From Patescibacteria group bacterium (lineage in GTDB: Bacteria; Patescibacteriota; Patescibacteriia; UBA2591; CALHIP01), in NCBI GenBank assembly GCA_026417895.1, contig JAOACJ010000009.1, forward strand, positions 2,128 to 66,127: DNA of 64,000 nt, given 5' to 3'. The notes below the pieces were generated by a model. The model saw only the letters and a list, made by a program, of their open reading frames with translations, did not search any database and was not told where the DNA came from. Position numbers and translations under genes: made by a program. Below, one piece after another: positions 49,501-57,568 of this stretch (the stretch's first letter is position 1; each line of letters begins with the position of its first letter).

Positions 49501-49762
49501 AGAAAATCAAATCGTCAAAGTAGTCGGCGTCATCACTAAAATTAAAAAAGTCATTGCTCAGTCTCAGGAACCAATGCTTTTTGTGAAAATTGAAGATCTC
49601 TCTGGTAACGTAGAATTATTAGTTTTCCCTGCCGTTTTAAAAGAATCATCACTCCTTTGGCAAGAGAATAAAATTATTCTTGCCGAAGGAAGAATTTCTG
49701 AAAAAGAAGGAGAGCCAAAGGTCATTGTTCAAAAGGCAAAAGAGATAGAGGTCTTGATATAA
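46592..49762 (+). CDS. dnaE: DNA polymerase III alpha subunit
   Basis: N-terminal PHP motif HLHLHSHYSLLDG, polymerase core and a C-terminal OB domain. 1056 aa. Confidence 0.95.
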   Translation: MAFTHLHLHSHYSLLDGLIKIDQLIERVKKEKMKAVALTDHGVMYGAIEFYKKAKEAEVKPIIGVEAYLAPNGRFSKRAKIDDKPFHLTLLAKNEEGYKNLIKLTSLGHLEGFYYKPRIDFELLRLYSKGLIALSGCLQGEIPQMILMKKRQEINYSLSRYKEIFGEDFYLEVQAHNFPEQIEVNKELFALAKKFNLKVVATNDTHYLDKEDAEIQDILLCLQTKKKLNDKERLKMSSNDFYFRSEEEMIDFFKENPEAIIHTQEIVEKCNLEIELGKIKFPKFPLKNNESADEYLKKLCYEKLKIKYPKGEKEVIQRLEYELEIIKKTGFATYFLIVHDFVSWAKKNKIMVGPGRGSAASSIVSYILDITSVDPLKYDLIFERFLNPERISAPDIDLDFADTRRDEVIHYIENKYGKDNVAQIITFGTMAARVAIRDVGRVLGLPYNFCDRLAKTVPPFFSLDEALKKVKDLRDTYLENPEARKIIDIAKKLEGVARHASTHACGVVITPEPLNNFLPTQYDVSQEKKVLISQYSMHSIEDLGLLKIDLLGLKNLTILETTIKLIESRGGKLEIEKISFNDKKTFEILKTGATVGIFQLESEGMRKYLVELQPTTFEDIVAMIALYRPGPMELIPKYITGKHTKRITYLHPKLKPILEKTYGVAVYQEQILEIAKELAGFSLAEADILRKAIGKKIPGLLKEQRNKFIEGCLAKKIDRKIAEEIFNFIEPFAGYAFNRAHAVCYATIAYQTAYLKANWPVEFITALLISDAGDLDRMAIEIEEARRLNIEVLPPDINESRENFTIVEKEGKKAIRFGLMAIKNVGENVAKAIIQERDENGLYQSFTDFLSRVPLQYLNKKSLESLIKGGALDRFGHRGNLLENLSEALAFAKKSQKEKNSPQKTLFGNFNSHQSCPSFPLKNNKNLSFQEILCLEKEFLGLYISGHPLQDFKNLENKKITPCAKLNELKENQIVKVVGVITKIKKVIAQSQEPMLFVKIEDLSGNVELLVFPAVLKESSLLWQENKIILAEGRISEKEGEPKVIVQKAKEIEVLI

Positions 49763-49792
49763 ATTTTCGAGACAAATTTATAGATTGAAATT

Positions 49793-50914
49793 ATGGCTTT
49801 CTACAATCCTCATAAAAAAATTGCTCTTTTCTTTCTTTTTTCGATGTGCGGTGTTTTGACTTTAACTCTTATTTTTTTCTTCATTCAAGAAGGAAGGGTT
49901 ATAATTAAAATTGTCCCAAGGCCCGAAGAGATATTTTTAGAAAAAACAATCAAAATACCAGACGATTTGCCTGGTGAAGTGTTAGAAATTAATTTAGACA
50001 AAGAAATAACCTCTACCCCAAAAGCTAGTCTGGAGGTTGAATCAATTGCTAGAGGTGAGGTAGAAATTGTTAACAATTCTCGTCAGAATCAAACTTTAGT
50101 TAGGACGACCAGACTTCTTTCGCCGGCCGGTATTCTTTTCCGTTTAGATCAACAGGTTCTTGTGCCAGCCAAAGGAAAAGTTAGAGCTAAAGTTTATGCT
50201 GATCAACCTGGTCGAGCGAGTGAAATCGGTCCAACCAGATTTACTATTCCAGGCCTCTCGCCGGCCTTACAAAAATTAATCTTTGCCGAAAGTTACGAGA
50301 AAATGACCGGTGGAATAAAAAAAATAGGCTTAGTAACGGAAAGGGATATTGAGGAGGCAAAATCGATCCTTGAAGAAAGTCTTAATCAAGAAGCAGAAGA
50401 AAAAATTCAAGAAAAAATTAAAGAAAAATTAGGAGAAATTATTGGCTGGAAAATTATTTTGGGCGATAAAGTTCTCAATGTTACCACCGAAGCAAAACCA
50501 AATCAAGAGGTGAGCGAATTTAAAACCAAAGGAAAAATAAGGGTTGGTTTAGTGGCGATAAGAGAAAAGGACTTATTAAATCTTGCCAAAAATTTTCTAG
50601 AGAAAAGCATTCCTCTTGATAAAAAATTAGAGAGTTTCGACGAGAAAAGTTTAAAATATAATCTAAAAAGTTTTAATCTAAAGGATAAAAGGGCGGAGAT
50701 AGAAATGAAAATTAAGGGCAAAACAATTCTTCAAAAAAATTCGGCTATTTTCGATGTAGAAAAAATTAAAAATTTAGAAAAGAATGCTTTAAAAAATTAT
50801 TTAGAGCAATATAAAGAAATTAATTCGGTAAAAATTTATTTTTCACCTTTTTGGAAAAAGAGAGTACCTAGTAAAAAAGAACTAATTGAAATAAAAATCG
50901 AACAATCTCTTTAA
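49793..50914 (+). CDS. hypothetical membrane-anchored protein
   Basis: 373 aa with an N-terminal TM helix and no recognised domain. Confidence 0.5.
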   Translation: MAFYNPHKKIALFFLFSMCGVLTLTLIFFFIQEGRVIIKIVPRPEEIFLEKTIKIPDDLPGEVLEINLDKEITSTPKASLEVESIARGEVEIVNNSRQNQTLVRTTRLLSPAGILFRLDQQVLVPAKGKVRAKVYADQPGRASEIGPTRFTIPGLSPALQKLIFAESYEKMTGGIKKIGLVTERDIEEAKSILEESLNQEAEEKIQEKIKEKLGEIIGWKIILGDKVLNVTTEAKPNQEVSEFKTKGKIRVGLVAIREKDLLNLAKNFLEKSIPLDKKLESFDEKSLKYNLKSFNLKDKRAEIEMKIKGKTILQKNSAIFDVEKIKNLEKNALKNYLEQYKEINSVKIYFSPFWKKRVPSKKELIEIKIEQSL

Positions 50915-50938
50915 TAAATTTATTACTGATAAAATTCT

Positions 50939-52708
50939 ATGATTAATTTAGAAATTTTACGTCATTCAACTAGTCATTTGATGGCTGCTGCTGTTTTAGC
51001 GCTTTTTCCTGAAGCAAAATTTGGCATAGGACCGGTCATTGAAAATGGTTTTTATTATGATTTCGAATTAGAAAGAACACTCAGATCAGATGATTTAGAA
51101 AAAATTGAAAAGAAAATGAAAGAGCTTATTAAAGAAGACTTAAGATTTGAAAAAAAAGAAATGCCACTTGAAGAAGCAATGGAATTATTTAAGAAATTAA
51201 ATCAACCCTATAAAATAGAACTTTTAGAAGATTTAAAAAAGTATGGCACAACCGATGAAAATCTCAAATCTCAAATCTCAAATCTCAAACCTCAGAAAAC
51301 TGTGACAATTTATCAACTGGGAAATTTTATTGATCTTTGTCGCGGACCGCATCTTAAATCGACTAAAGAAATTGGCGTTTTTAAACTTTTAAAAGTTGCT
51401 GGCGCTTATTGGCGGGGTGATGAAAAAAATAAAATGTTGCAAAGAATTTATGGGACAGCCTTTTTTACTCAAGAAGAGCTAAATGATTATCTAAAAAATC
51501 TGGAAGAGACAGAAAAAAGAGATCACCGAGAATTGGGTAAAAATTTAGATTTTTATAGCTCGCCAGAGGAACTAGGCGCTGGTTTAATTTTATGGCATCC
51601 CAAAGGCGCTTTAGTTCGGAAAATGATTGAAGACTTTTGGAAGGAGGAACATAAAAAACGAGGCTATCAATTGGTTTATTCCCCTCATCTTGGCAAATTA
51701 AATTTATGGAAAAAATCTGGTCATTGGGATTTTTATCGAGATAATCTCTATTCACCCATAAAAATTGAAAATGAGGAATATCTTTTAAAGCCAATGAATT
51801 GCCCCTTTCATATTTTGATTTATCAATCACAAGTAAGAAGTTATCGCGATTTACCACTTCGTTATGCCGAATTGGGTACTGTCTATCGCTATGAACGTTC
51901 TGGGGTTCTTCACGGTTTAACAAGGGTTCGTGGCTTTACTCAAGATGATGCTCATATCTTTTGTACAACCGAACAATTAGAAAAAGAAATTGTTAATGTC
52001 CTAAAATTAGCTATTTTTATGATGAAAACTTTCGGCTTTAGAAATTACCAAGTCTTTCTTTCAACTCGGCCAGAAAAATCAATTGGCACTGACCAGATGT
52101 GGGAAAGGGCAACAAAAGCCCTTAAGAATGCTTTAGAAAAAACAAAGATAAAATACCAAATTGATCCAGGTGAGGGTGTCTTTTATGGTCCAAAGATTGA
52201 TATTAAAACGATTGATGCCTTGGGTCGCGCCTGGCAGGGTCCAACCATTCAGGTCGACTTTAATTTCCCAGAAAGGTTTAATCTCTATTATATCGACAAA
52301 AATGGTAAGAAAATTCAGCCAGTCATGATTCACCGCACCGTCCTTGGCTCGATGGAAAGATTTTTTGGTTGCTTAATTGAACATTATGCTGGTGCTTTAC
52401 CCCTCTGGCTTTCGCCGATTCAAATTTATTTAGCGCCAGTTGGTAAGGCTCATTGGCAAGCCAGCCAAAAATTAGGTCAAGAGTTCGAAAAATTAGGCTT
52501 ACGAGTCTTGGTCGATCAGGCCCGCGAAACTATTTCTTATAAAGTCCGTAAAGCCGAACAACAGAAAATTCCTTACATTTTAGTCGTTGGCGACAAAGAG
52601 ATTAAGGGAAAAACTTTAAATATCAGAGAACGGGGAAATAAGGTCAAAAAAATGACAAAGAAAAAATTTATTGAAAAAATTTTGAAAGAAATAGAAAGTA
52701 AAAAATAA
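50939..52708 (+). CDS. thrS: threonyl-tRNA synthetase lacking the N-terminal TGS domain
   Basis: Begins within the editing domain (ILRHSTSHLMAAAVLALFPEAKFGIGPVIENGFYYDF), then a class II catalytic core and anticodon-binding domain. Confidence 0.93.
   Translation: MINLEILRHSTSHLMAAAVLALFPEAKFGIGPVIENGFYYDFELERTLRSDDLEKIEKKMKELIKEDLRFEKKEMPLEEAMELFKKLNQPYKIELLEDLKKYGTTDENLKSQISNLKPQKTVTIYQLGNFIDLCRGPHLKSTKEIGVFKLLKVAGAYWRGDEKNKMLQRIYGTAFFTQEELNDYLKNLEETEKRDHRELGKNLDFYSSPEELGAGLILWHPKGALVRKMIEDFWKEEHKKRGYQLVYSPHLGKLNLWKKSGHWDFYRDNLYSPIKIENEEYLLKPMNCPFHILIYQSQVRSYRDLPLRYAELGTVYRYERSGVLHGLTRVRGFTQDDAHIFCTTEQLEKEIVNVLKLAIFMMKTFGFRNYQVFLSTRPEKSIGTDQMWERATKALKNALEKTKIKYQIDPGEGVFYGPKIDIKTIDALGRAWQGPTIQVDFNFPERFNLYYIDKNGKKIQPVMIHRTVLGSMERFFGCLIEHYAGALPLWLSPIQIYLAPVGKAHWQASQKLGQEFEKLGLRVLVDQARETISYKVRKAEQQKIPYILVVGDKEIKGKTLNIRERGNKVKKMTKKKFIEKILKEIESKK
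51260..51294. repeat. heptanucleotide tandem repeat AATCTCA x4 plus one variant unit, inside thrS
   Basis: Read directly. It encodes LKSQISNLKPQ in an inter-domain linker. Confidence 0.85.
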
Positions 52709-52709
52709 A

Positions 52710-53186
52710 ATGAAACATTCATTCAAAACAGGATTTAGTTTTGGCTTGACCTCGGGAATTATTACCACCCTCGGTTTGATGGTTGGTTTACACTCGGGCA
52801 CACATTCAAAATTGATTGTCATTGGCGGCATTCTAACAATTGCTGTCGCCGATGCTTTTTCCGACGCTTTAGGCATCCATCTCTCTGAAGAGTCAGAAAA
52901 TAAGCATTCTAGTCAAGAAATTTGGCAGTCAACTTTCGCTACATTTTTTGCTAAATTTATTTTTGCCTCCACATTTATTATCCCTCTTTTGTTGTTTAAA
53001 CTTTCAACAGCTATTATCGTTAATATCATTTGGGGATTATCTTTACTGAGTCTTTTTAGCCTCATCATTGCTCAAAAGCAAAAGACAAAACGATGGAAGG
53101 TTGTCATCGAACACCTAATAATCGCGACGATTGTTATCAGTATCACTCATTATCTCGGTGATTTAATATCAAAAATATTTGATTAA
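52710..53186 (+). CDS. small membrane protein, possibly VIT1/CCC1-family-like
   Basis: 158 aa, about four TM helices. FGLTSGIITTLGLMVGL...AVADAFSDALGIHLSEESE resembles VIT-family helix motifs. Weak. Confidence 0.35.
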   Translation: MKHSFKTGFSFGLTSGIITTLGLMVGLHSGTHSKLIVIGGILTIAVADAFSDALGIHLSEESENKHSSQEIWQSTFATFFAKFIFASTFIIPLLLFKLSTAIIVNIIWGLSLLSLFSLIIAQKQKTKRWKVVIEHLIIATIVISITHYLGDLISKIFD

Positions 53187-53300
53187 ACAAAATTTCTTAC
53201 AAAAATCTATTTTACCACGTCTTAATGTGTTAACACGTTATGATTGATTTTTTATTATAGATTAATTAAAATAGTCAAAAAAGAATTGAAAATAAATATT

Positions 53301-54671
53301 ATGAAATATCATCTCATCACTTACGGTTGTCAAATGAATAAATCTGATGCCGAGCGCATTGCCGCTCTTTTGGAAAAAATTGGTTATTCGCCAACGTCAA
53401 ATAAAAATGAGGCAGATTTAATAGTCATTATTGTTTGTTCGGTGCGACAATCAGCTGTTGATCGTCTTTCTGGACAAATTCGAAATTTAGCTAAATTAAA
53501 AATTAAAAATTCAAAATTAAAAATTTTACTAACGGGGTGTCTTTTACCAAAAGATAAAGAAAAATTAAAGAGCCAAGTTGATCTAATTTTTGAAATTAAT
53601 CAGCTCCCAAATTTACCCCTGATTCTCTCTCGTCTCGAAGGAAATTCTAAAAATAAAAAAATTAAAAATTTAAAATTAAAAATTACAAATTATTTAGAGA
53701 TTAAACCTAAATTTTCAACCTTTCCTATTGCTTACATCCCTATTATGACTGGCTGTAATAATTTTTGTACCTACTGCGTTGTGCCTTATACGCGGGGTCG
53801 AGAAGTCTCAAGACCGGCAAAAGAAATCATTGACGAAGTGAAAGAATTAATTAAAAAAGGATATAAAATGATTATTCTCTTGGGCCAGAATGTTAATTCT
53901 TATCAATCTCCAATTCAAAACTCCAAAGCCAAAATGCCGAATACCAAAAAAATAGATTTTCCAAAGTTGCTGAAAATGGTCAATAATTTGAAAGGTAATT
54001 TTTGGCTAACTTTTATTACCAGCCATCCGAAAGATTTATCAGATGAATTAATGAAAACAATGGCAAGATGTAAAAAAGTAATGCCTTATTTACATTTACC
54101 AGTCCAGTCAGGTGATAATGAAATTTTAAAAAAAATGAATCGTCAATATACGGCGACTGATTACAAAAATTTAGTCAAAAAAATAAAAAAGACTTTTGAA
54201 AAATATCGAAGGGGGTTAGAAAGAAATTTAAGTCTTTCCACAGATATTATTGTCGGTTTCCCCGGTGAAACTAAAAAACAGTTTGAAAATACCGCCAAAT
54301 TAATGCGAGAAGTAAAATTTGATATGGCTTATATTGCTAAATACTCGCCTCGCCCCCAGACGGCAGCCTCAAAACTCAGGGACAACATCTCGATTAAAGA
54401 AAAGGAAAGGCGCTGGAAAATTTTAACTGAAATTTTACAAAAAACATCTTTAGAAAATAATAAAAAATATTTAGGAAAAGTAATACCAGTTCTTGTTGAA
54501 AATAAAAAAAATCACCTTCTTTTTGGTCAAACAAGAAGTTTTAAAAAAGTAAAAATGGAAAATCTATTAGAAAAGAAGCAAAAAATATCAATTGGTGATA
54601 TGATCAAGGTTAAAATTAAGAAAATAAAGCCTTTTGGCTTAGAGGGTGTTGCTCTCGCGAAGTTTTCTTAA
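53301..54671 (+). CDS. miaB: tRNA-i6A37 methylthiotransferase MiaB (radical SAM MTTase)
   Basis: N-terminal MTTase TYGCQMN, radical-SAM CNNFCTYCVVPYTRG and a C-terminal TRAM domain, with Lys-rich low-complexity insertions. Confidence 0.85.
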   Translation: MKYHLITYGCQMNKSDAERIAALLEKIGYSPTSNKNEADLIVIIVCSVRQSAVDRLSGQIRNLAKLKIKNSKLKILLTGCLLPKDKEKLKSQVDLIFEINQLPNLPLILSRLEGNSKNKKIKNLKLKITNYLEIKPKFSTFPIAYIPIMTGCNNFCTYCVVPYTRGREVSRPAKEIIDEVKELIKKGYKMIILLGQNVNSYQSPIQNSKAKMPNTKKIDFPKLLKMVNNLKGNFWLTFITSHPKDLSDELMKTMARCKKVMPYLHLPVQSGDNEILKKMNRQYTATDYKNLVKKIKKTFEKYRRGLERNLSLSTDIIVGFPGETKKQFENTAKLMREVKFDMAYIAKYSPRPQTAASKLRDNISIKEKERRWKILTEILQKTSLENNKKYLGKVIPVLVENKKNHLLFGQTRSFKKVKMENLLEKKQKISIGDMIKVKIKKIKPFGLEGVALAKFS

Positions 54672-55320
54672 GGCCAAACAAAATATAGATATAAACACTT
54701 AAAATCAAAAAAATCAGAGGCACGATGTTCCAGAAAAAATTAAAACGAATAATCGTGTTGTAAAGCCCATGAAAACCAACAGCCAAAAAAAGACTGCCCG
54801 CAAGAATAAATTTTTTGTTTTTAGGTTGGAAAAACTTTACTTCCCCTAAATGATAGCCTATGATACCGCTGGCTAAAACATGCATTAAGGTTGGAGTGGC
54901 AAAACGAAGGACGATTAATTGCGGCCCACTCGAAAGCAAATAGAAAAAATTTTCAAAAAAAGCAAAACCAGTGGCGACGGTTACGGCGTAAACAAAACCA
55001 TCTAATGGTTCATTAAAAACCTTACGGTCATAAACGCCCTCTTTCAGGATAAGATATTTAGCAAATTCTTCAATTAAACCATCAACGAAAAATGAGATAA
55101 TAATGATATAAAAAAAATAGTTGACAGCAATTTTATCTAAAAAAAATTTTAATCCCTGGGCCAAAACTAAGGTCGGCAAAGCAATCATAATTCCCAGTAA
55201 GAAAACTCTTAAAATTTCCTTGATTGGCTCTGGGTTTTTTTTATCAATTCTTCGAGCAATAAAAAGCCAAAAAAGACTTGGCAAAAAAGAAAGGGATAAA
55301 ATTAAAACATATTTATTCAT
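54616..55320 (-). CDS. PrsW-family intramembrane protease
   Basis: Multi-TM protein with EEFAKY, FENFFY and HxxxxxxG-type motifs. Confidence 0.6.
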   Translation of the reverse strand: MNKYVLILSLSFLPSLFWLFIARRIDKKNPEPIKEILRVFLLGIMIALPTLVLAQGLKFFLDKIAVNYFFYIIIISFFVDGLIEEFAKYLILKEGVYDRKVFNEPLDGFVYAVTVATGFAFFENFFYLLSSGPQLIVLRFATPTLMHVLASGIIGYHLGEVKFFQPKNKKFILAGSLFLAVGFHGLYNTIIRFNFFWNIVPLIFLILSVYIYILFGLKKTSREQHPLSQKALFS

Positions 55321-55762
55321 CGAGTGGTAAAATTTTAATCTTTAAAGAAACTGTGAGGGAGAGAGAAAGTCTAATTTTTATCTCATTATCGCCAATTGTT
55401 TTAATTGGTTCAAATTTTTCAATTTGTTCTTCTCGAATAAAAATATCTTTCTCTTTTAATTGAGTGACAATTCTTTCGGCGTTAATCGAACCATAAAGCT
55501 TACCTTCAGGATTAACTTTTTCTTTAAAAACTAATTCTAATTCTTTTATTTTTTGAGCAATTAGTTGAGTCTTTTTTTCTTCTCTCTTTTTTCTTTCTTC
55601 TTCTAAAGTTTTTTTTCTTTCAATTTTTTCGATCTCGTGTGGTGTGGCTAAAATCGCTAATTTCTTTGGTAGTAAAAAATTTCTGGCAAATCCATCAGCT
55701 ACCTCTTTAATTTCATCTTTTTTGCCAAGATGATTGACGTCTTGTAATAAGATGACTCGCAT
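55313..55762 (-). CDS. rplI: 50S ribosomal protein L9
   Basis: MRVILLQDVNHLGKKDEIKEVADGFARNFLLPKKLA. Confidence 0.9.
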   Translation of the reverse strand: MRVILLQDVNHLGKKDEIKEVADGFARNFLLPKKLAILATPHEIEKIERKKTLEEERKKREEKKTQLIAQKIKELELVFKEKVNPEGKLYGSINAERIVTQLKEKDIFIREEQIEKFEPIKTIGDNEIKIRLSLSLTVSLKIKILPLDE

Positions 55763-55813
55763 AAAAATAGACTTAAAAATATATTCTCCTCCTCGCGGTT
55801 AAATATCACGATC

Positions 55814-55873
55814 AGTATAAAGAGCAGCGAGATAAAGAGCAGCGTGATAAAGAGCAGCGTGATAAAGAGCAGC
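55814..55873. repeat. four tandem 15-bp direct repeats (G/A)(T/A)GATAAAGAGCAGC
   Basis: Read directly in the divergent intergenic region between rplI and the 56085 ORF. Confidence 0.9.
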
Positions 55874-55903
55874 CTTGTTATTGGTAATAAAGAGATGTCG
55901 AAA

Positions 55904-55983
55904 ATATCTATAAGTATCTATCGGTATCAATCAATATCCATGAATATCTATCGATATCTATCAATATCTAAGGTATCTTGACT
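55904..55983. repeat. eight degenerate 10-bp helical-phase repeats (A/G)TATCTATCR
   Basis: atatctataa / gtatctatcg / gtatcaatca / atatccatga / atatctatcg / atatctatca / atatctaagg / tatcttgact. Confidence 0.85.
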
Positions 55984-56005
55984 TTTTTGCAAATTTTGCT
56001 ATCTT
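55978..56005 (+). promoter_or_regulatory. candidate promoter TTGACT-16-TATCTT for the 56085 ORF
   Basis: ttgact at 55978-55983 and tatctt at 56000-56005. Two GC-rich hairpins at 56013-56070 follow in the leader. Confidence 0.35.
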
Positions 56006-56084
56006 GAAAATGTCGGGTTAGTCGCCTCTTCGGCGACTAAATCCAAGCCCGACCATCCGCTGTAAGCGGATGATGGAGGAAAAA

Positions 56085-57545
56085 ATGAGAAGTTTGACAT
56101 TGTTGATAATCTTGTTGCATTTTCTTGTTTTCTCGACTTCGGCGGCGACCGCGCAAACATGGTGGACTTACGAGGAACTCGGTAACGCCGCGCCTTGTAA
56201 GGGGATCGAAACGGAAAACGGATATGTCCATACAGGGGGCACCTTTAACGTGCCGGGTGGAGGTTGTTACTTAGCAAAAACCAATAAAGTAACTGGTGCT
56301 CTTGACTGGTATCAATATTATCCCAGTCTCTTTTTCGAGCAAAGTTGGGGATATGATTTAGTCCAGACGCCAGATGGTGGCTTCGCTATTCTTTCTACCG
56401 ATGATATGGGTTTCGGCAATGTCTTTAGACTGATTAGGACGAACCCGATGGGAGAAAGTTTGTGGAACAAATTGATTGCCCCTCAAAATCAAGCCGTTGC
56501 CGCTCCTTATTATCTCGTTCTTTTTTCGCCTGATTCTGGATTTATTATGGGCGGTCGAAACGATGGAGGAATTATTATGGCCCGGACGAACAAGTACGGG
56601 GAAACGCTATGGACGCGTCGCGGGGTGGCAAGAGAAAGTATTTACCGTTCTATGGAAGTCAGGGGCATAATAACAAAAACAAACACGATCATCTATCTCC
56701 TTGGTTTAGCAACTGTTGATTTGCCAACCGGACAAAGCATTTGGCGAAGTTTTTTGGCAACAATTAATGCTGCTGGACAAGTGATTAATAAAAGGGAATA
56801 TGTTGACGAGTGGCAAAGAATGGTGCATTTATATGGTCAAACCTTTTTTCAACTTGATAATTCCGGCTTTCTAATAGCTGGTATAAGAGGCGTCGCAAGT
56901 TCTAGTGCAAATCCTGTTGAATCAATTTTTGTTTTTCTTTTGAAAACCGACTCTTTGAAAAATGAACTCTGGAGAAAGATGTATTTTTTACCAAGCATAC
57001 ACAGTGATTTTTACAGGTGTGGCGTCGAAAAAGTTTGGCAAAATGAAAATACGATTAATATTGCGGTTTGCTTTTATAATTCGTCATTGTTCCCGAAAGG
57101 GGGAATTATTACCACGGATTTAGAGGGCAATTTTCTAAACTGTATCACCTACTCCCATCCGATTTATACCTATGTTTCTTTAAGAGACGCTATGAAAACA
57201 AGTGATGGACACGCAGTTTTAGCTGGACGCTCTCCTCCAGCCGGACCCCCAGCTTATGTGACCCTTCTTAAAACTCCTTTAAGTGGCATTAGTGAAAATT
57301 CTTTTTTCTCTTCCCAATTCTCTACTCTTAAAGTTTTTCCCAATCCAAGCACCGGCTTAGTTAATTTTCACTTGCCAACTGGGTACAACAGCAGCAAAGT
57401 AAAAATCTATGATGCCACCGGAAGAATAGTCAAGACATTCGAATTTCAAAATCAATTTCGGGTGAAACTTTCACCCGGCATCTATCTCTGTGAGACCGCC
57501 GCTGAGACCGACGCAAAATTTAAGATTATCATCCTGGGACAATAA
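56085..57545 (+). CDS. secreted repeat (beta-propeller-like) protein with a C-terminal T9SS sorting domain (Por_Secre_tail)
   Basis: RBS GGAGG five nt before the ATG at 56085, and a signal peptide. The C-terminal 70 aa (LKVFPNPSTGLVNFHLP...KVKIYDATGRIVKTFEF...SPGIYLCE...KFKIIILGQ) fit the T9SS CTD consensus. GC is well above neighbouring genes. Confidence 0.6.
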   Translation: MRSLTLLIILLHFLVFSTSAATAQTWWTYEELGNAAPCKGIETENGYVHTGGTFNVPGGGCYLAKTNKVTGALDWYQYYPSLFFEQSWGYDLVQTPDGGFAILSTDDMGFGNVFRLIRTNPMGESLWNKLIAPQNQAVAAPYYLVLFSPDSGFIMGGRNDGGIIMARTNKYGETLWTRRGVARESIYRSMEVRGIITKTNTIIYLLGLATVDLPTGQSIWRSFLATINAAGQVINKREYVDEWQRMVHLYGQTFFQLDNSGFLIAGIRGVASSSANPVESIFVFLLKTDSLKNELWRKMYFLPSIHSDFYRCGVEKVWQNENTINIAVCFYNSSLFPKGGIITTDLEGNFLNCITYSHPIYTYVSLRDAMKTSDGHAVLAGRSPPAGPPAYVTLLKTPLSGISENSFFSSQFSTLKVFPNPSTGLVNFHLPTGYNSSKVKIYDATGRIVKTFEFQNQFRVKLSPGIYLCETAAETDAKFKIIILGQ

Positions 57546-57567
57546 ATATTGTCCCAGGTTTTTTTAT
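57533..57567 (+). terminator. intrinsic terminator: 10-12 bp stem (cctgggacaa/ttgtcccagg) followed by T9
   Basis: Read directly. It sits at the stop codon of the 56085..57545 ORF, between the two convergent genes. Confidence 0.65.
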
Positions 57568-57568
57568 T

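Noticed and set aside
55814-55983. CRISPR array
   Set aside because: The repeats are only 10-15 bp, directly tandem with no unique spacers, and no cas genes are present.
55904-55983. Confident oriC call from DnaA-box-like TATCCATGA/TATCTATC repeats
   Set aside because: The units match the TTATCCACA consensus poorly. dnaA and dnaN are not adjacent, and no strand-bias switch is anchored here. It is left as a hypothesis within the intergenic-region finding.
56013-56070. Possible tRNA or riboswitch in the hairpin-rich leader
   Set aside because: Only about 55 nt with two simple hairpins. There is no cloverleaf, no T-loop GTTCRANYC and no anticodon arm. It may still be a regulatory RNA structure, so it is kept as a finding and not called as an RNA gene.
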